Positions 13,483 through 26,270 are shown, counted from the first letter of the whole stretch. The stretch is DNA of 63,019 bases, filler included, from Octopus bimaculoides (GCF_001194135.2; 4 parts of 4 records of this genome joined end to end with filler, not necessarily neighbours in it), one strand, 5' to 3'. Made by a program: numbers and translations. The notes: generated from the letters alone by a model not told the origin.

Positions 13483-14990
13483 ACAGTAGTGGCCATAATA
13501 TGAGGGTCAGTAAGAACAAGTGTATTGAAATAGTTATTATAGAAGATTAACACACATTTTACACATATTTAGATATATCTAACATCTATCTTTTGTGAAA
13601 ATTTCAAGTGAATGGAATAAATATTTCATAAGTTATGAGGAAATAAACAATCTTCCACATTGCAGTGGTCAAAAGTTAAGGATCATTTAGAAAAAATGAA
13701 CTATTAACTGAAGTATTTGTTGCTTAGAAGACTGTGAATGAGCTAACAGTTACTTCTTATGATCTTACATTATTGGAACATTCACCTGTCAACATGGCAG
13801 CTTGTGAGAGGCGACTGGTGTCCTGTGATGAAAATCAAAGAATTGTATGCCTTCACCAAGAAGGCAAGTCAAATTCTGTAAAAGCAACTACTGTAGGAAG
13901 GTCTAGAAGTTTTGTGCAATAAATTGTAGCTCATTTTAAGTCATCAGGATCGACAAATGCTAAACCCCAAACTGGTAGACCTTGTAAAACCTCACCAAGA
14001 CAGGATTGTATAAGGGTTAGAATGTCACTGAAGGATAAGTTTAAGAGTGCTGCTGAAATATCCTGTGAGTTTAGCTCCACTTCCAATGTCAACATATCAT
14101 GCCAAACAGTTTCTCAGAGGTTACGAGGTTTTGGGTTGCTTGCTTGGGCACTGGCAAAGAAACCTCTGATCTCCAAGAAGAATCAAAGAGCCTGTCTTCA
14201 TTCTGCTCACGAACATGTTGCTTGGACAGAAGAACAGTGGTCGCAGGTTAATTTTAGCAATGAATCAAAGTTTAATGTGATTGGTTCTGATAACGTGATG
14301 TACATCCAATGAAGAAGTGGTGAAAGGTTATCTTAAACATGTGTGAAGAAGATAGTGGGATATAGAGGAGGCAGTGTAATGGCATGAGGAGTGATCTCTG
14401 CTGCTGGTCCTGGTCCACTTATTCGCCTACAGGGGACTGTCAATATTGAAATCTACAAGCAGATTCTTAGACAGCCTGCCCTTCCACATCTCCATCCTCA
14501 TCAGTTCAACCTCGTATCTTCATGCAGGGCAACACTCCCTGTCACACTGTGAAGAGAATCAAAGATTTTTTGAGTGATGAAGGGGTTGATCTCATGGACT
14601 GGCCACCTCAAAGTCCCAATCTCAACCCTATAGAAAACGTTTGGAAGATTATTGGAGATGGAGCGCGAAGGAGAAATCCAAAGAACCAAGATGAACTCTG
14701 GGAATTATTGAAAAACAAATGGAACAATATTACTCCATCATTTTGAAAGGAATTAATTCAGTCCTGTTGTAACAAATGTCAAGAGGCCATTGATAGTAAA
14801 GGTTTATCTTTGGTTATTGTTCCATTTTTCATTGTGTGACCCTTAACTTTTGGCCATTACAGTTTGGAGGATTATTTATTTATTTCCTCATAACTTACGA
14901 AATATTTATTTCATTCACTTGAAATTTTCGCAAAAGATAGATATCAGATATATCTAAATATGTGTAAACATATCTGTTGTTCTCACCTGT
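13483..14990 (+). mobile_element. Tc1-like DNA transposon, near full length, inactive
   Basis: ~130-bp inverted repeats (about 13559-13690 and 14834-14968). Transposase remnants KKPLISKKNQRACL, FSNESKF, QGNTPCHT, WPPQSPNLNPIENVW with stops. Confidence 0.9.
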
Positions 14991-15444
14991 TGGCTTAGAA
15001 GTCCAGAATCACTCTAATCTGTTTTGTTTATGGTGCATAAAAATGTTTGTCTATGTATCTTTTAGCTATCTTTAGATTTTAAGTACCATTAAGAGAAACT
15101 CTGTCAACTTGGATAATTGCAGTTGATTACTTTTTTAACTCACTATTTTACAAATATGAAACCCTACCAAATTTATATTTCATATGCACTATGTTCCCCT
15201 GAGGATTTTTTCCAATCATTGATATTCTATAAAGATGTTCAAATATTTTGTATAAGTCATTTGTCATAAGAAAGGAATTCCTGCATTTTAGGTAAAGCTG
15301 TTCTTCAGCGGTACAAAATGAAATAGTTTACAATAATAATTACCTCAGACTCACTCATTGAGTGTGTGCTTTCATAAAAAGATCAAGCATTTTGTAATAC
15401 TTAATGCCATTGTTTTTGTTTTTAATATCATATTTATCACATGA

Positions 15445-15720
15445 AGGTATGTGGCCTAGTGGTTAGAAAGTTGCATTCACTAACAATAGACAGTGATTTC
15501 AATTTCTGGATTGGATGGTGCACTGTGTTCTTAAGCAATCACTTCATTTCACATTGCTCCAGTCCACTCAGCTCCATATGAATTTCAGCAATAGCTGTGA
15601 AATTAACCCTGTGACAAACAAGCGTCCTCTTCAAGGAGGAGTGTTGCAATCTCAGTCACTTATTCGCAATATTAACTAGATTAAGCTCTGGCCTTATAAA
15701 TCCTAAGGCTTATGACTAAC
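15445..15720 (+). mobile_element. tRNA-derived SINE, decayed
   Basis: gtggcctagtggttaga head and cacttcatttcacattgctccagtccactcagct core. Confidence 0.65.
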
Positions 15721-15829
15721 CTAAATTTATATCTCTAAATCACTCAGCAGGTGTTTCAGACAATCATTAAGTGTTACATATGACAGTAACTCTTAAAAGT
15801 AATATTTGTTTTTTTAATGCCAAACTTAC

Positions 15830-15927
15830 CTCTAAATCAATCATCTCTCTGGGGACTGGTGCATCAGGATTGTCCCCTGTATCAAGCATGGGAATTGCAT
15901 CTTTTTTTATCTCTTTCTCGAGAAAAC
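15830..15927 (-). CDS. ATP6V0A1: V-ATPase V0 subunit a, internal coding exon (98 nt)
   Basis: (R)FLEKEIKKDAIPMLDTGDNPDAPVPREMIDLE. cttcag/gtaagt splice sites; phase 1 start matches the end of the 79-nt exon. Confidence 0.96.
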
Positions 15928-16012
15928 CTGAAGACAAATATCAAAAAGTAAACTTTATAAGTGCTTTATAAATATTATTCTAACATGTCAATAAATTAGT
16001 TTAAAACAAAGT

Positions 16013-16639
16013 TTAAACCCTTTTAGTACCAGCCCATCTGAGATCACCTTTGGTTTTATGATTCAACCCTGTTTTTAAATCAAACCTTTCATCAAAATTT
16101 CATATTAATTCATGTTACTAACACTATATTATAATGACAAAATTATTTTACTAAATTCTTCATTATTTTCAAAATTAATTTAAACAAAAGTAGTGTGTTA
16201 CTATTTTTAAATCTCTCAACGTGAGATATTCAGCAGCAGTACTTTGTAGTAAAGATTGTTTGCCAACATAACATGGCAGTCCTGGTTTAGGATGAATGTT
16301 GCTGTAATTTACCCCAGCAGACATCGTCTCCAGCCGGCTATACGACACAATCTGTGTCCTTATATTTTCGAACAAGGGAATCTAGCACCCCCACTCTTCT
16401 GTGCTGATGGAAGGAAATAACCCAGAAATCACGATACACAGATATTGTTTTGTGCTAGATTCCCTTGTTTGAATATATAAGGACACAGATCATGTCGTAT
16501 AGCCAGCTGGAGACGATGTCTCCTGGGGCTAAATTAAAGCAACATTCATCCTAAACCAGGACTGCCATGTTATGTTGGCAAACAATCATTACTATAAAAG
16601 TAGTGTGTTTCCATAGAAATATGGTAATGAAAGAGTTAA
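16013..16639. mobile_element. piggyBac-like MITE interrupted by a 396-bp insertion
   Basis: TTAA at both ends; homologous to 2804-3004; insertion flanked by duplicated aaaagtagtgtgtt. Confidence 0.6.
16200..16595. mobile_element. Inverted-repeat insertion with hammerhead-like loop (Penelope pLTR- or retrozyme-like)
   Basis: Arms 16241-16388 and 16452-16601; 14-bp direct repeat at 16186-16199 and 16596-16609; loop TCTGTG-CTGATGG...GAAATCACGATA-CACAGA. Confidence 0.6.
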
Positions 16640-18850
16640 AGAAATCAATATACAAAAAGAGATCTGTCTCTTTAACCTCTACCATACTTTATAAAGTTGT
16701 GTGTGTTTAACATTAAAGGGATGCTGATTCAGCAGCCCAATACTGCAACTCCTCCATCCATGAATATCCCAGAATCTCAAGTTTGTAGAATTAAGTGACT
16801 GAACAAGAGACAAAAAAACACCTGCTATGAGATATATATTTGCAGGCCTTGAGCCAATATTTAGAAATTATGGGTACTGAGACAGTTGAATTCTACTTAT
16901 TAGAATCCAGATGAATCAATGATTTGAGAAACACCATAATAAATGTTTGTAACATTTCCATAACGTATTAGGTTAATACCTATTAATAAACCAATGGTCA
17001 ATCCAATGAAGTGGCTTACTGTGGCCTTCTCTAGGCCCATGGGAGAACTGGAATCAAACATTGCAAGCAAACAAATATTTTCACTACAAACGTAAACAAG
17101 TTATATTGCTTTTTCATCCAGGTCAACCCTGGAACAGCAAACTAATAATCATAGACATTCTATCCATGGCCATTCTGCTTCCTTAGGGTGATATTGAGGG
17201 AGTTGTATCCAAGACTACATCATCCAATGCCTCTCTCATTTCCTATGGTGAGATTAGAGGGAGATTTGTCTGCTATTCCTATCAAGTTGGGTGACCATGT
17301 AGAGATTTGCTCACTGACTTGGTAAGATTTTAGGTGAAAGTGTTGAGTCTCACAAAGAAAATAAAACAAGATTCAGAAGAATGGTAACAAGTCATCATAC
17401 AAACATAATAAATCAAGCATAACAATGATGATGATTTTCATGGTGTTGGGTAATTCTGTATGAAATCAACGCCATTTAGAAAAAAACTGAAGGTAACTGA
17501 AACCAATTTCTTTCAAACTTTGCATGCTAAATGGCCTATGAAACCCTTAAATATGAAATATTTTTTACCTGACTCTAATATTTGCTGAATTATGACCATT
17601 TGGAATTTTCAAAAAAGTGACATTTTTTTGGTTACTTGATAACTTTGAGAAGTCATATCTCAGCTACTATTTGAGCTAGAAAGCTTAATTTGTTTCCATT
17701 GTAAAGCACTTAAATAAATCTACAAGTTCTGCTTTGTGTATTTTTTTCCTTACAATAAAAATTAAAAAGTTGACCTAAAATTCGACCTTTGACCTTTCAT
17801 AGGTCAAAAGATGCAGTTATCAAATTTTTTTGAAATTTTGTCCAAATATTGCCCTACTTAGTCACAACTCGCAAAAATTCATACCTGCATCTCAATGAGA
17901 AGTATTTTTAATAAATATAATTATAATGAAAATTAGTGACAAAATATCAAAAATCGCTAAGACAACTTGAGCTTAAAGGAGAAAAAGTGCTGATAATTAA
18001 AATAAGCATTTTTATTATTTCAAAAATAATGTCTACTTTCATTGTAACTACTTTTCAGCTCTGCTATGGTCAATGGTCGCAATACCACTGCCAACACTTA
18101 GAATCACGAAACAAATTGTTGGCATCCCTATCGCCTAAGGGGCCACTCCTGATTAGCAGATGAAGTCACATGTACCAACCTCCCACCCTTGCCTTGCTTT
18201 AAATGATTACTTGTTAAATGAAATTCTGAAATCTTCAAAATTTAATGAGACAATTTTCTTGAAATTAATAATTGTGATGCATTTTTCATTTCTTTTTCTG
18301 TCAAAGTATGTTCTTCCTGAAGCAGTTCTGGGGTCAAATTTACAAAGGATGTCTAAATAACCCACTGTTAAAACATCTGACTTTCTAGGATACTGAAATG
18401 ATGATGAGGGTCCTTTAGGTTCAAGAAAGGCGAGTTTTACTTCCATAGTTTCTGGGTATATTTCTAGAACACAAGATAACCACCAGTCACCGTCATAAAT
18501 TGCAGCTACAAACCCTTTTATATCCTCAAATTGAATAGCATCTTGCATGGAGATTCTAATTTTAGTATAATTATCTATTGTAGACATCATTTTTACCTTA
18601 ATTTCTGAAGGTGAGTTTGGGATAAAGCAATGCAACTTTTGTGTCCCTAGTATTGTCCTTGCATTTCTAAATCTCTCTCTCAATAGATTTTCCTCATTCT
18701 GCATTTCATCATTTGAAGAGCAGATAAAATTAATTCCAGGAATGTTTTGCTGACCATAATTATAAAGTTGTCTTGGAGTCATGATTTGTTCATTGAGAGA
18801 GCATTGTAAACTTGCCCGAGCTGCCATTCGTTTAATTGTACCATCTAAGC

Positions 18851-19105
18851 CAGGGGTTTTCAAACTGTGGTCCGCGGACCACAGGGGGTCCGCGGACCAC
18901 AGGGGGTCCGCAAGGACAAGACAGGGGGTCCGTGGACAGCAAATACTTTTTATGGGCAATTTGATTTTATATATGTTTTTTAATCGAAATTTTTTAATTG
19001 ACAATAAACCTATTTGTTAAATAATGTAAAATAAATAAATGTAAAAATATATGATATTTTAAGCAAATATTTATGTATAAATTTCATAAGCGTTTATTAG
19101 GGACT
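18851..19105 (+). mobile_element. hAT-type MITE, 3'-truncated
   Basis: Begins caggggttttcaaactgtggtccgc and is nearly identical to the complete copy at 44404-44681. Confidence 0.85.
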
Positions 19106-19200
19106 CCCTTATAAACGCTTATGAAATTTATACATAAATATTTGCTTAAAATAACATATTTTTACATTTATTTATTTTACATTATTTAACAAATAGGTTT
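19006..19200. repeat. ~195-bp near-perfect palindrome
   Basis: aaacctatttgttaaataatg...cataagcgtttattagg gactc ccttataaacgcttatg...cattatttaacaaataggttt. Confidence 0.92.
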
Positions 19201-20455
19201 TTTGATATTAAAGGCTTTGCCCCAAAGAAAATCTGTCAGCTTTTCATGGAAGAGATGGACTGCTACTGTATCATGCTTCATACAGTCGGATATAATAACA
19301 ACATTGATGTTAGTCACATCATTGTTTTGTTTATAACAGACAAATGGATGGATAGTAGCTTGGGCATTGTTCCAATGAAATCCTTGTACAGCAACTTGCT
19401 ATGACTAGGATTTCTCCATCACTTAAAAATTCTTTTCTTTAAGTACAAAATTTAGACTATTCCTTTGTAATGAAAGGAACTTTCATGTACTTTAAATGCT
19501 TTAAGCTTTTGACAGAAAATTTCAACAAAATCATCTGTTGATTTTGATATATTTTCTAGGATTGTTCTGTCTGTTGTTAGCCATTGCTTATGCTGTACTT
19601 CAATCATATTCACATTAAATATTTCATATAAGAATTTTTCAAGCTCTTCTAGCAAAGAATTACAATTTGAACAGTTGCCCATGTAGCAGTCATTTGTTGT
19701 TGGGTTGTAAGTAATTGATTCTAAACATTGTTTCTAATCAATCAAGTGAAACTTCATACTCTTGGTTAAATCAGATAGTTTCATGCCAGAAATCATTAGT
19801 TTGACATTCTGATGCATGGTGCATACACATAGATTATGTGTACCAGTACTACTTGCAAGTATGCATTCTTTTGGCCTTAGTTCTGCAAATTTTGAGAAAC
19901 TAATTTTGATTTTAGGAATTTTTGATTTAAACAACTGGAAGGCTTCCTTTAAGTTACAAAGTATGGGGTACTTTTGCACATGAACACTTTTACTATCTCT
20001 TTTCATTGATTTGTAATGCTTTTTTCCTGGCATAACTCTCCTTACTTCATTTTTATATAACTGAGAAACACAATTGGCAGTTTCTTGAGGAAATGTGCTT
20101 TTGCTATGGCTAGAATGTAATAAAATCCCTTGCTCACTGACCAGCCTTTTAGCTTGTCTTGCCATGTAATCAGGCACATTGAACTCCTTTGGGATTTTTC
20201 TCAGAGACCAGCTTTTTAGCAGAATTGTTAAAAGTTGCAATTTTCCTGATCTTTTTTCTGTTGGTGTGAATTTTTCTTTTAACTATTTGATTATTTCACT
20301 TCTGATGATTCACCGACCTTCCTTTTAGGTGAAATGATTTGCATCTTTTGAGGAAAAGCATTTTTGATTCATTTTCTTTTTTTCTCAGCATACATGATGG
20401 TAATATCTTTTTTTAAATTTTTTATTAGAGATTTTCCAGTTTCAGACATTGTTGT

Positions 20456-20517
<62 letters not shown>

Positions 20518-21658
20518 CACATGCATGTTTGTGTGTCAGCCATGACTTGACATCATGTGATGTTTGTTAGAAAGTATCAGTCATACAAGCAATGTTCATT
20601 TCCAGTTTTTTTATAAAACATTGTCTGACCATAAGGAACTATTACCTTGCCTGGAAACAAGTGAAGGTTGGCAACAGTAAGGGCATCTGGCTACAGGAAA
20701 TCTACTTCAATAAATTCCATTTGACACATGAAAGCATGGAAAAATGGATTTAAACCAATGATGATGGTGATGATGATGAAAACAGCATGAGTAACTATCT
20801 AAATGTTTTTCAGTTATCTATTCCAATGGAAAACACTTTTAATTTTTTAGTAAATTACAAATAATCTTCAGTAAACAAAAGGTGGAAGTGACACTAAATA
20901 TACAAATGAAGTTTCAGTGTTGGTACCAGAATACTGGCTCCACTTCATGACAGTGATTAGCAACTGGAAGTGGAGGTGGTGGTAATTAGGACTACATTTT
21001 CAGTGGCCAGCCTACCACCTCACCTAGTTTAACATCACTACATGAGGAGCCAATAAGACAGCCTCTAAATGGTCCCTTGACTTGCTAAAACTAACAATGG
21101 AAAGAATACATGAGAGACTGCCTGTCATAGCTAAAGTCTCCTCCTCTAACCTATATCACTTTATATTTGGAATTACTGCTCTCTTAAACAAGTTGGCATT
21201 ACTGTGGCTTGTGAAGTCCACATCTGTAAGGAATTAGAGGAAAAAAAAAACCTTTCTATATATTGTTAGGTTTATTCAAAGTGCCCAAATTTCTAGATAG
21301 CCCAACTGCCAAACAAAAGGCAAACTGGGAATCATACCTTTACATTACAATTAAAAAAAATTGTGCATAAGACTAAGCACAAATTCATACAAACTTATGT
21401 GTATTACATGCTATACATCTTGGAACACTTATTTTACAAATCAATATCAATATAGAATTAAAGGTTACAGTTCTAATGCAAAAAAATAATAAATAAAAAA
21501 GTAGTTGTAAATAAATACATCACAAAGCAACTACTCAGGCCAATTAAATATCTTTGTGCCAACTCAAGAAAGATCTTATTACTTTTTCTTTAATGAAATA
21601 ACACTTTGAAAATTCTCGCAAATGGATTGTTAAAAATTTTAATGAAAATCCCACTTAC

Positions 21659-21737
21659 GAAGTTTCCTTTCCATCTCTTCACATCTGCGAACTTCATTTA
21701 CAAATTTGCGCTGGAAGGCATTCACATCAGGGTTTAG
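21659..21737 (-). CDS. ATP6V0A1: V-type H+-ATPase V0 subunit a, internal coding exon (79 nt)
   Basis: Translates LNPDVNAFQRKFVNEVRRCEEMERKL(R), the conserved N-terminal motif of V0 a subunits. Flanked by tttcag acceptor and gtaagt donor. The symbol names the closest human-type family member; paralogue not resolved. Confidence 0.96.
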
Positions 21738-23115
21738 CTGAAAGATAATTTCAGAAAAAAAAATTAAGTATGATAAATAAATAAATACAATTAAAAAATA
21801 AAATAATGCACAAACAAGCAATAAAAGAATTTCTTTCACAAACAATTTAAGTAATCTACACAGCAAATTAATCCCTTCTGGTAAAAACCATAATTAAATA
21901 ATTGTTTAATTATGTACATGTACTTGTGGTTTTTAGAAAATCAAGGCTAATGTCAACAATTTCCAATACCTAACAAGTAGGTTTTCACAAAACATGAAAA
22001 CAAGAGCAAGTAAGAAGTATAATCTAAAATATTTAATTGCCAAATGGGAAAGCATTAATTATTGGGCTATTAAGTTCCCTTACTGGTTATGACTTTGGCA
22101 GGTGTCCCAACCAACTTTAAGTTCAAATTACTCTAAGTATTTTTGTTGCTGCAAATAATTATATGGGTTTAGGTACAAAAACTTATCAGGAATGTATACT
22201 GCAGACAGAAACTAAAACAGTTTTATATTCCATTTATACCTAGTTACGATGTCATAAATGTTTAAACTACAAAACAAGTAGTGCATTTCAAAATCTCACA
22301 AACTGTAAACTATTCAACAATAAATTATAATAGAATTTCAAATACAAGACTACACAGACAAACATTGGAAAATATAAAGCTTCGTTTTTCATAGCCACAA
22401 AGTAGATAATTGAAAACTGAGGTCAAGTAATTAATACAAATGTGCTGCTAACAGAAAGCACAAGATAAATTTGATTAAGGAAAAGGTTAATTACATGATT
22501 TCTGGAGAAAAGAATAGTAAAAGGCATGATCTGGACATAGAATAATCTACAAACTATATACTATAATGATTCTGAATACTATATCAATTATCTGTATGAT
22601 AGTAATGATAAGTTTGTTGTGTAAAGGAATATAAAGTAACATAAATCATTTTCACAAGCTTCTCAGCAGCATACTATCCATACTGAAATAGATCAACTTA
22701 AATTTGTGCCTAATAATTTTTTATTTAAACCAAACACCAGTTCCTTGCTGTTGTTTAGACACAGATCATAAAAAGATGAACAAAAGAAATTTCAGCTATA
22801 CACATATCATAATTTCATAAATACCTAAGACTACATAATTCCAAATAACCTTCCTTTATGAAGACAATAAGGTGGAATTTGAAAGAGATTTCAGTTTCTT
22901 GTGGCAGGGGTGTCAAAATCCTTCAACCTTGCAGTCAAGATAGAAGCATAAACTAGATCTTGCAGGCTGTATGGAGATATTCTCTTTCCTAAAATAGGCT
23001 GTATGGGGATAAACCCTTTCCTAAAATAGGCCTAAATGAATAAAGGGGTTAATATACATTACAACTTTAGTAACATAAGGAATGGAAAGATTCACATTTA
23101 CATATACATATATAT

Positions 23116-23612
23116 TATCATCATCGTTTAACATCCGCTTTCCATGCTAGCATGGGTTGGACGATTTGACTGAGGACTGGTGAACTGGATGGCTGCACCA
23201 GGCTCCAATCTGATCTAGCAGAGTTTCTACAGCTGGATGCCCTTCCTAACGCCAACCACTTCAAGACTATAGTGGGTGCTTTTATGTGCCACGGCATGAG
23301 GGCCAGTCACGCGGTACTGGCAACGGCCACGCTCAAAATGGTGTTTTTTACACGCAACTTGCACAGGAGCCAGTCCAGCGGCACTGGCAACGACCTCACT
23401 CGAATGATTTTCTAACGTGCCACCAGCACAAGTGCCAGTAAGGCAACACTGGTAACGATCACACTCAAATGGTGCTATTTACATGCCACTAGCACAGTTC
23501 CCAGACAGCTGCTCTGGCAATGATCACACTCGGACGGTGCTGTTAGTGCTCCACTGGCACAGGTGCCGGTTATCAAATATGGTTCAATTACGATTTCGAT
23601 TTCACTTTCCCC
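23116..23612 (-). mobile_element. RTE LINE 3' UTR/tail copy
   Basis: Same family as 10366-11217 and 50385-50824 (ccgctttccatgctagcatgggttggacg, tggatgcccttcctaacgccaacc). Confidence 0.8.
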
Positions 23613-23625
23613 AACAGGTCTTAAC

Positions 23626-23670
<45 letters not shown>

Positions 23671-23709
23671 TACATACATATATATACATATACACACACA
23701 CATATATAT

Positions 23710-24850
23710 AACCTGCTGAGGGCCACCGACGAGATCTGTGGATGGTGCAAGGTCCCTTCTCAACCCAAAATAACGTGGTGGTGGAACAAGGAGGTAGACA
23801 GGGCTATTATACAAAAGAAACAGGCTTGGAAGGACTGGAAGAACGGTGGTAGCAGGGAATTGTACCAATCTGCCAGAAGGGAAGCTAGGCGACAGGTTTA
23901 TTTAGCCAGAGGGGAGGCAGATAAGAAAAGATTTGCCAATGTTCTGCGCCGTGAGGACCAAAGACTTGAGGTATTTCGTGTCGCAAGACAGTGTAGGAGA
24001 GAGNNNNNNNNNNNNNNNNNNNNNNNNNNNNNNNNNNNNNNNNNNNNNNNNNNNNNNNNNNNNNNNNNNNNNNNNNNNNNNNNNNNNNNNNNNNNNNNNN
24101 NNNNNNNNNNNNNNNNNNNNNNNNNNNNNNNNNNNNNNNNNNNNNNNNNNNNNNNNNNNNNNNNNNNNNNNNNNNNAGCCTAGTCACCCGTATTACGAAC
24201 CAGGTGATACACGAAGGAGTCATACCCAATGACTGGTGTAGCAGCACCATAATCAACTGCTACAAAGGTAAAGGTGACGCTTTAGATACAAATAATTACA
24301 GAGGTATCAAGCTTTTAGATCAGGTAATGAAAGTCACGGAGAGGGTCATAGCTCAACTGCTTAGGGAGCGAGTCAGTTTAGATGAGATGCAGTTTGGGTT
24401 TGTGCCTGGGAAAAGCACCACTGATGCTATATTTCTAGTAAGACAGCTTCAGGAGAAATACCTAGCCAAGGATAAACCTCTGTTCCTGGCTTTCGTTGAT
24501 ATGGAGAACGCCTTTGACAGGGTCCCCCGATCTCTCATCTGGTGGCCAATGAAGAAACTAGGGATAGAAGAATGGTTAGTGAGAGCTGTGCGAGCCATGT
24601 ACAGAAACTCTGTCAGTAAGGTGAGGGTTGGCAGAGAGTACAGTGAAGAATTCCGGGTGGAGGTAGGGGTCCACCAAGGTTCTGTCCTCAGCACCCTCCT
24701 ATTTATCATAGTTCTCCAGGCTATAACAGAGGAATTCAAGACAGGATGCCCCTGGGAGCTCCTCTATGCTGATGACCTTGCACTAATTGCTGAGTCACTA
24801 TCACAATTCGAGGAGAAGTTTCAGGTATGGAAGCAAGGACTAGAATCGAA
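23710..24850 (+). mobile_element. RTE-clade LINE, reverse transcriptase fragment (young)
   Basis: 232-aa ORF with NYRGIKLL, QFGFVPGKSTTDAIF, AFVDMENAFDRV, GVHQGSVLS, LLYADDL. Confidence 0.93.
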
Positions 24851-24950
24851 NNNNNNNNNNNNNNNNNNNNNNNNNNNNNNNNNNNNNNNNNNNNTTAATT
24901 AATTAANNNNNNNNNNNNNNNNNNNNNNNNNNNNNNNNNNNNNNNNNNNN
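24851..24950. other. Artificial contig-joining spacer
   Basis: 44 N + TTAATTAATTAA (stop in all six frames) + 44 N = exactly 100 bp. Confidence 0.93.
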
Positions 24951-25410
24951 TATATATACATTCACACGCAGCTAGACGTGGTGAAGGATTTGTTCTGTGT
25001 TCTCTTCAGCCAGAGGGCTAGAGTGAATGGAGCCGAGCTCATTGTAGATCTAAACAAGCCTGGTTAGCCAAGGGGTCGGAACCTAAGCATTTTGCATGCC
25101 GGGCAAAATGCTTACCAACATTTCATCCGTCTTTACCTTGAGTTCAAATTCTGCCGAGTTCGACTTTGTCTTTCATCCTTTCGAGGTTTGATAAAGTATT
25201 GAGATCGATGTAATCGATTTTCTCCCCATTCCCAATTGCTGGCGTTGTGCCAAACTTTTAAACCAATATTTATTCCATTGATTCTCTCATTCATACACAT
25301 CATATATTCGCATAAGTTTTTTAGACGTTCATACACTCGCCAATGTTCATACAAAAGTATATAGGTTTGTACCTGCAAACGCGTATATATGTGCGCTCGA
25401 ACGCACATAT

Positions 25411-25466
<56 letters not shown>

Positions 25467-25660
25467 GTGTGTGTGTGTGTATGTATGTGTGTATCAACTT
25501 TGAATACTAATTTCACAGTATTATGGTAGTTATTTGGATAGCAATGTTTGCCATATGACTGAAATGTCCAGATATATTAATAGTCCTCTGTCGTCTAGTT
25601 GTTTAATTAAGTGATTTAAAGTGAAATTATTTGATCCTGTCTCATGACTACTGCCAAATC

Positions 25661-25697
<37 letters not shown>

Positions 25698-26270
25698 GCA
25701 CACACACACGCGCACACACACGATAAACAGATTCGTACACATCATGTACACTCATACCCGCACACTTACATACAGTCCAAAGTTTAAACACGAAGCCAAA
25801 ATTTTGTTTTTAAAATACATTTTGCTACACAGATAAAAAAGAAACGCAAATTATCTACTAAATATTTGCAAGTCACGAAGTTAATTAATTTCTGTTTAAT
25901 GATATATGATTAACGAAATATTATTTTATAATTTCATTTTGCATTTAACATCTGAGATACAAGTTAGATAACTATCTTAGAAATTTAGGGAACAATAAGG
26001 GTTGAAATTGTTCGACTCACGCTCAGATAAATATATTAACTAAAGAATTATCTGTGAATGGATCCGCTGGGCTTTTTTTTTTTTTAGAAAGCTTTGCTGG
26101 ATTTCATCCGAGACACATGAACCCAGCCGAGTTCGTGAAGCAACTCTTTAAACCGATTGAATGATTCGCCATCTTTGTCATGCATCACCATTTACATTTT
26201 ACTCTGCCAGCCATAAACACTTCCCAGCAACAATAACACACGCCATTAAAGACAGCAAAACAACGATGAC

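Larger units (their letters stand above)
17448..20450 (-). mobile_element. DDE DNA transposon remnant, Sola2-like
   Basis: Fragments FSKFAELRPKEC, HNLCVCTMHQN..CYMGNCSNC, QGFHWNNAQATIHPF, VIISDCMKHDTVAV, DGTIKRMAARASLQ. Long terminal segment ending GGG/CCC at 17448. The Sola2 assignment is from recall. Confidence 0.6.

Noticed and set aside
18207-19004. 265-aa ORF as a host gene
   Set aside because: Its first ~55 residues come from the reverse strand of a hAT MITE; the rest is a transposase C-terminus.
22966-23031. Short tandem duplication (also 38749-38818)
   Set aside because: Simple local slippage duplications with no further structure.
24204-24902. Reverse transcriptase ORF as a retron, DGR or other stand-alone RT system
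   Set aside because: Motifs and several decayed siblings in the window identify an ordinary RTE LINE.
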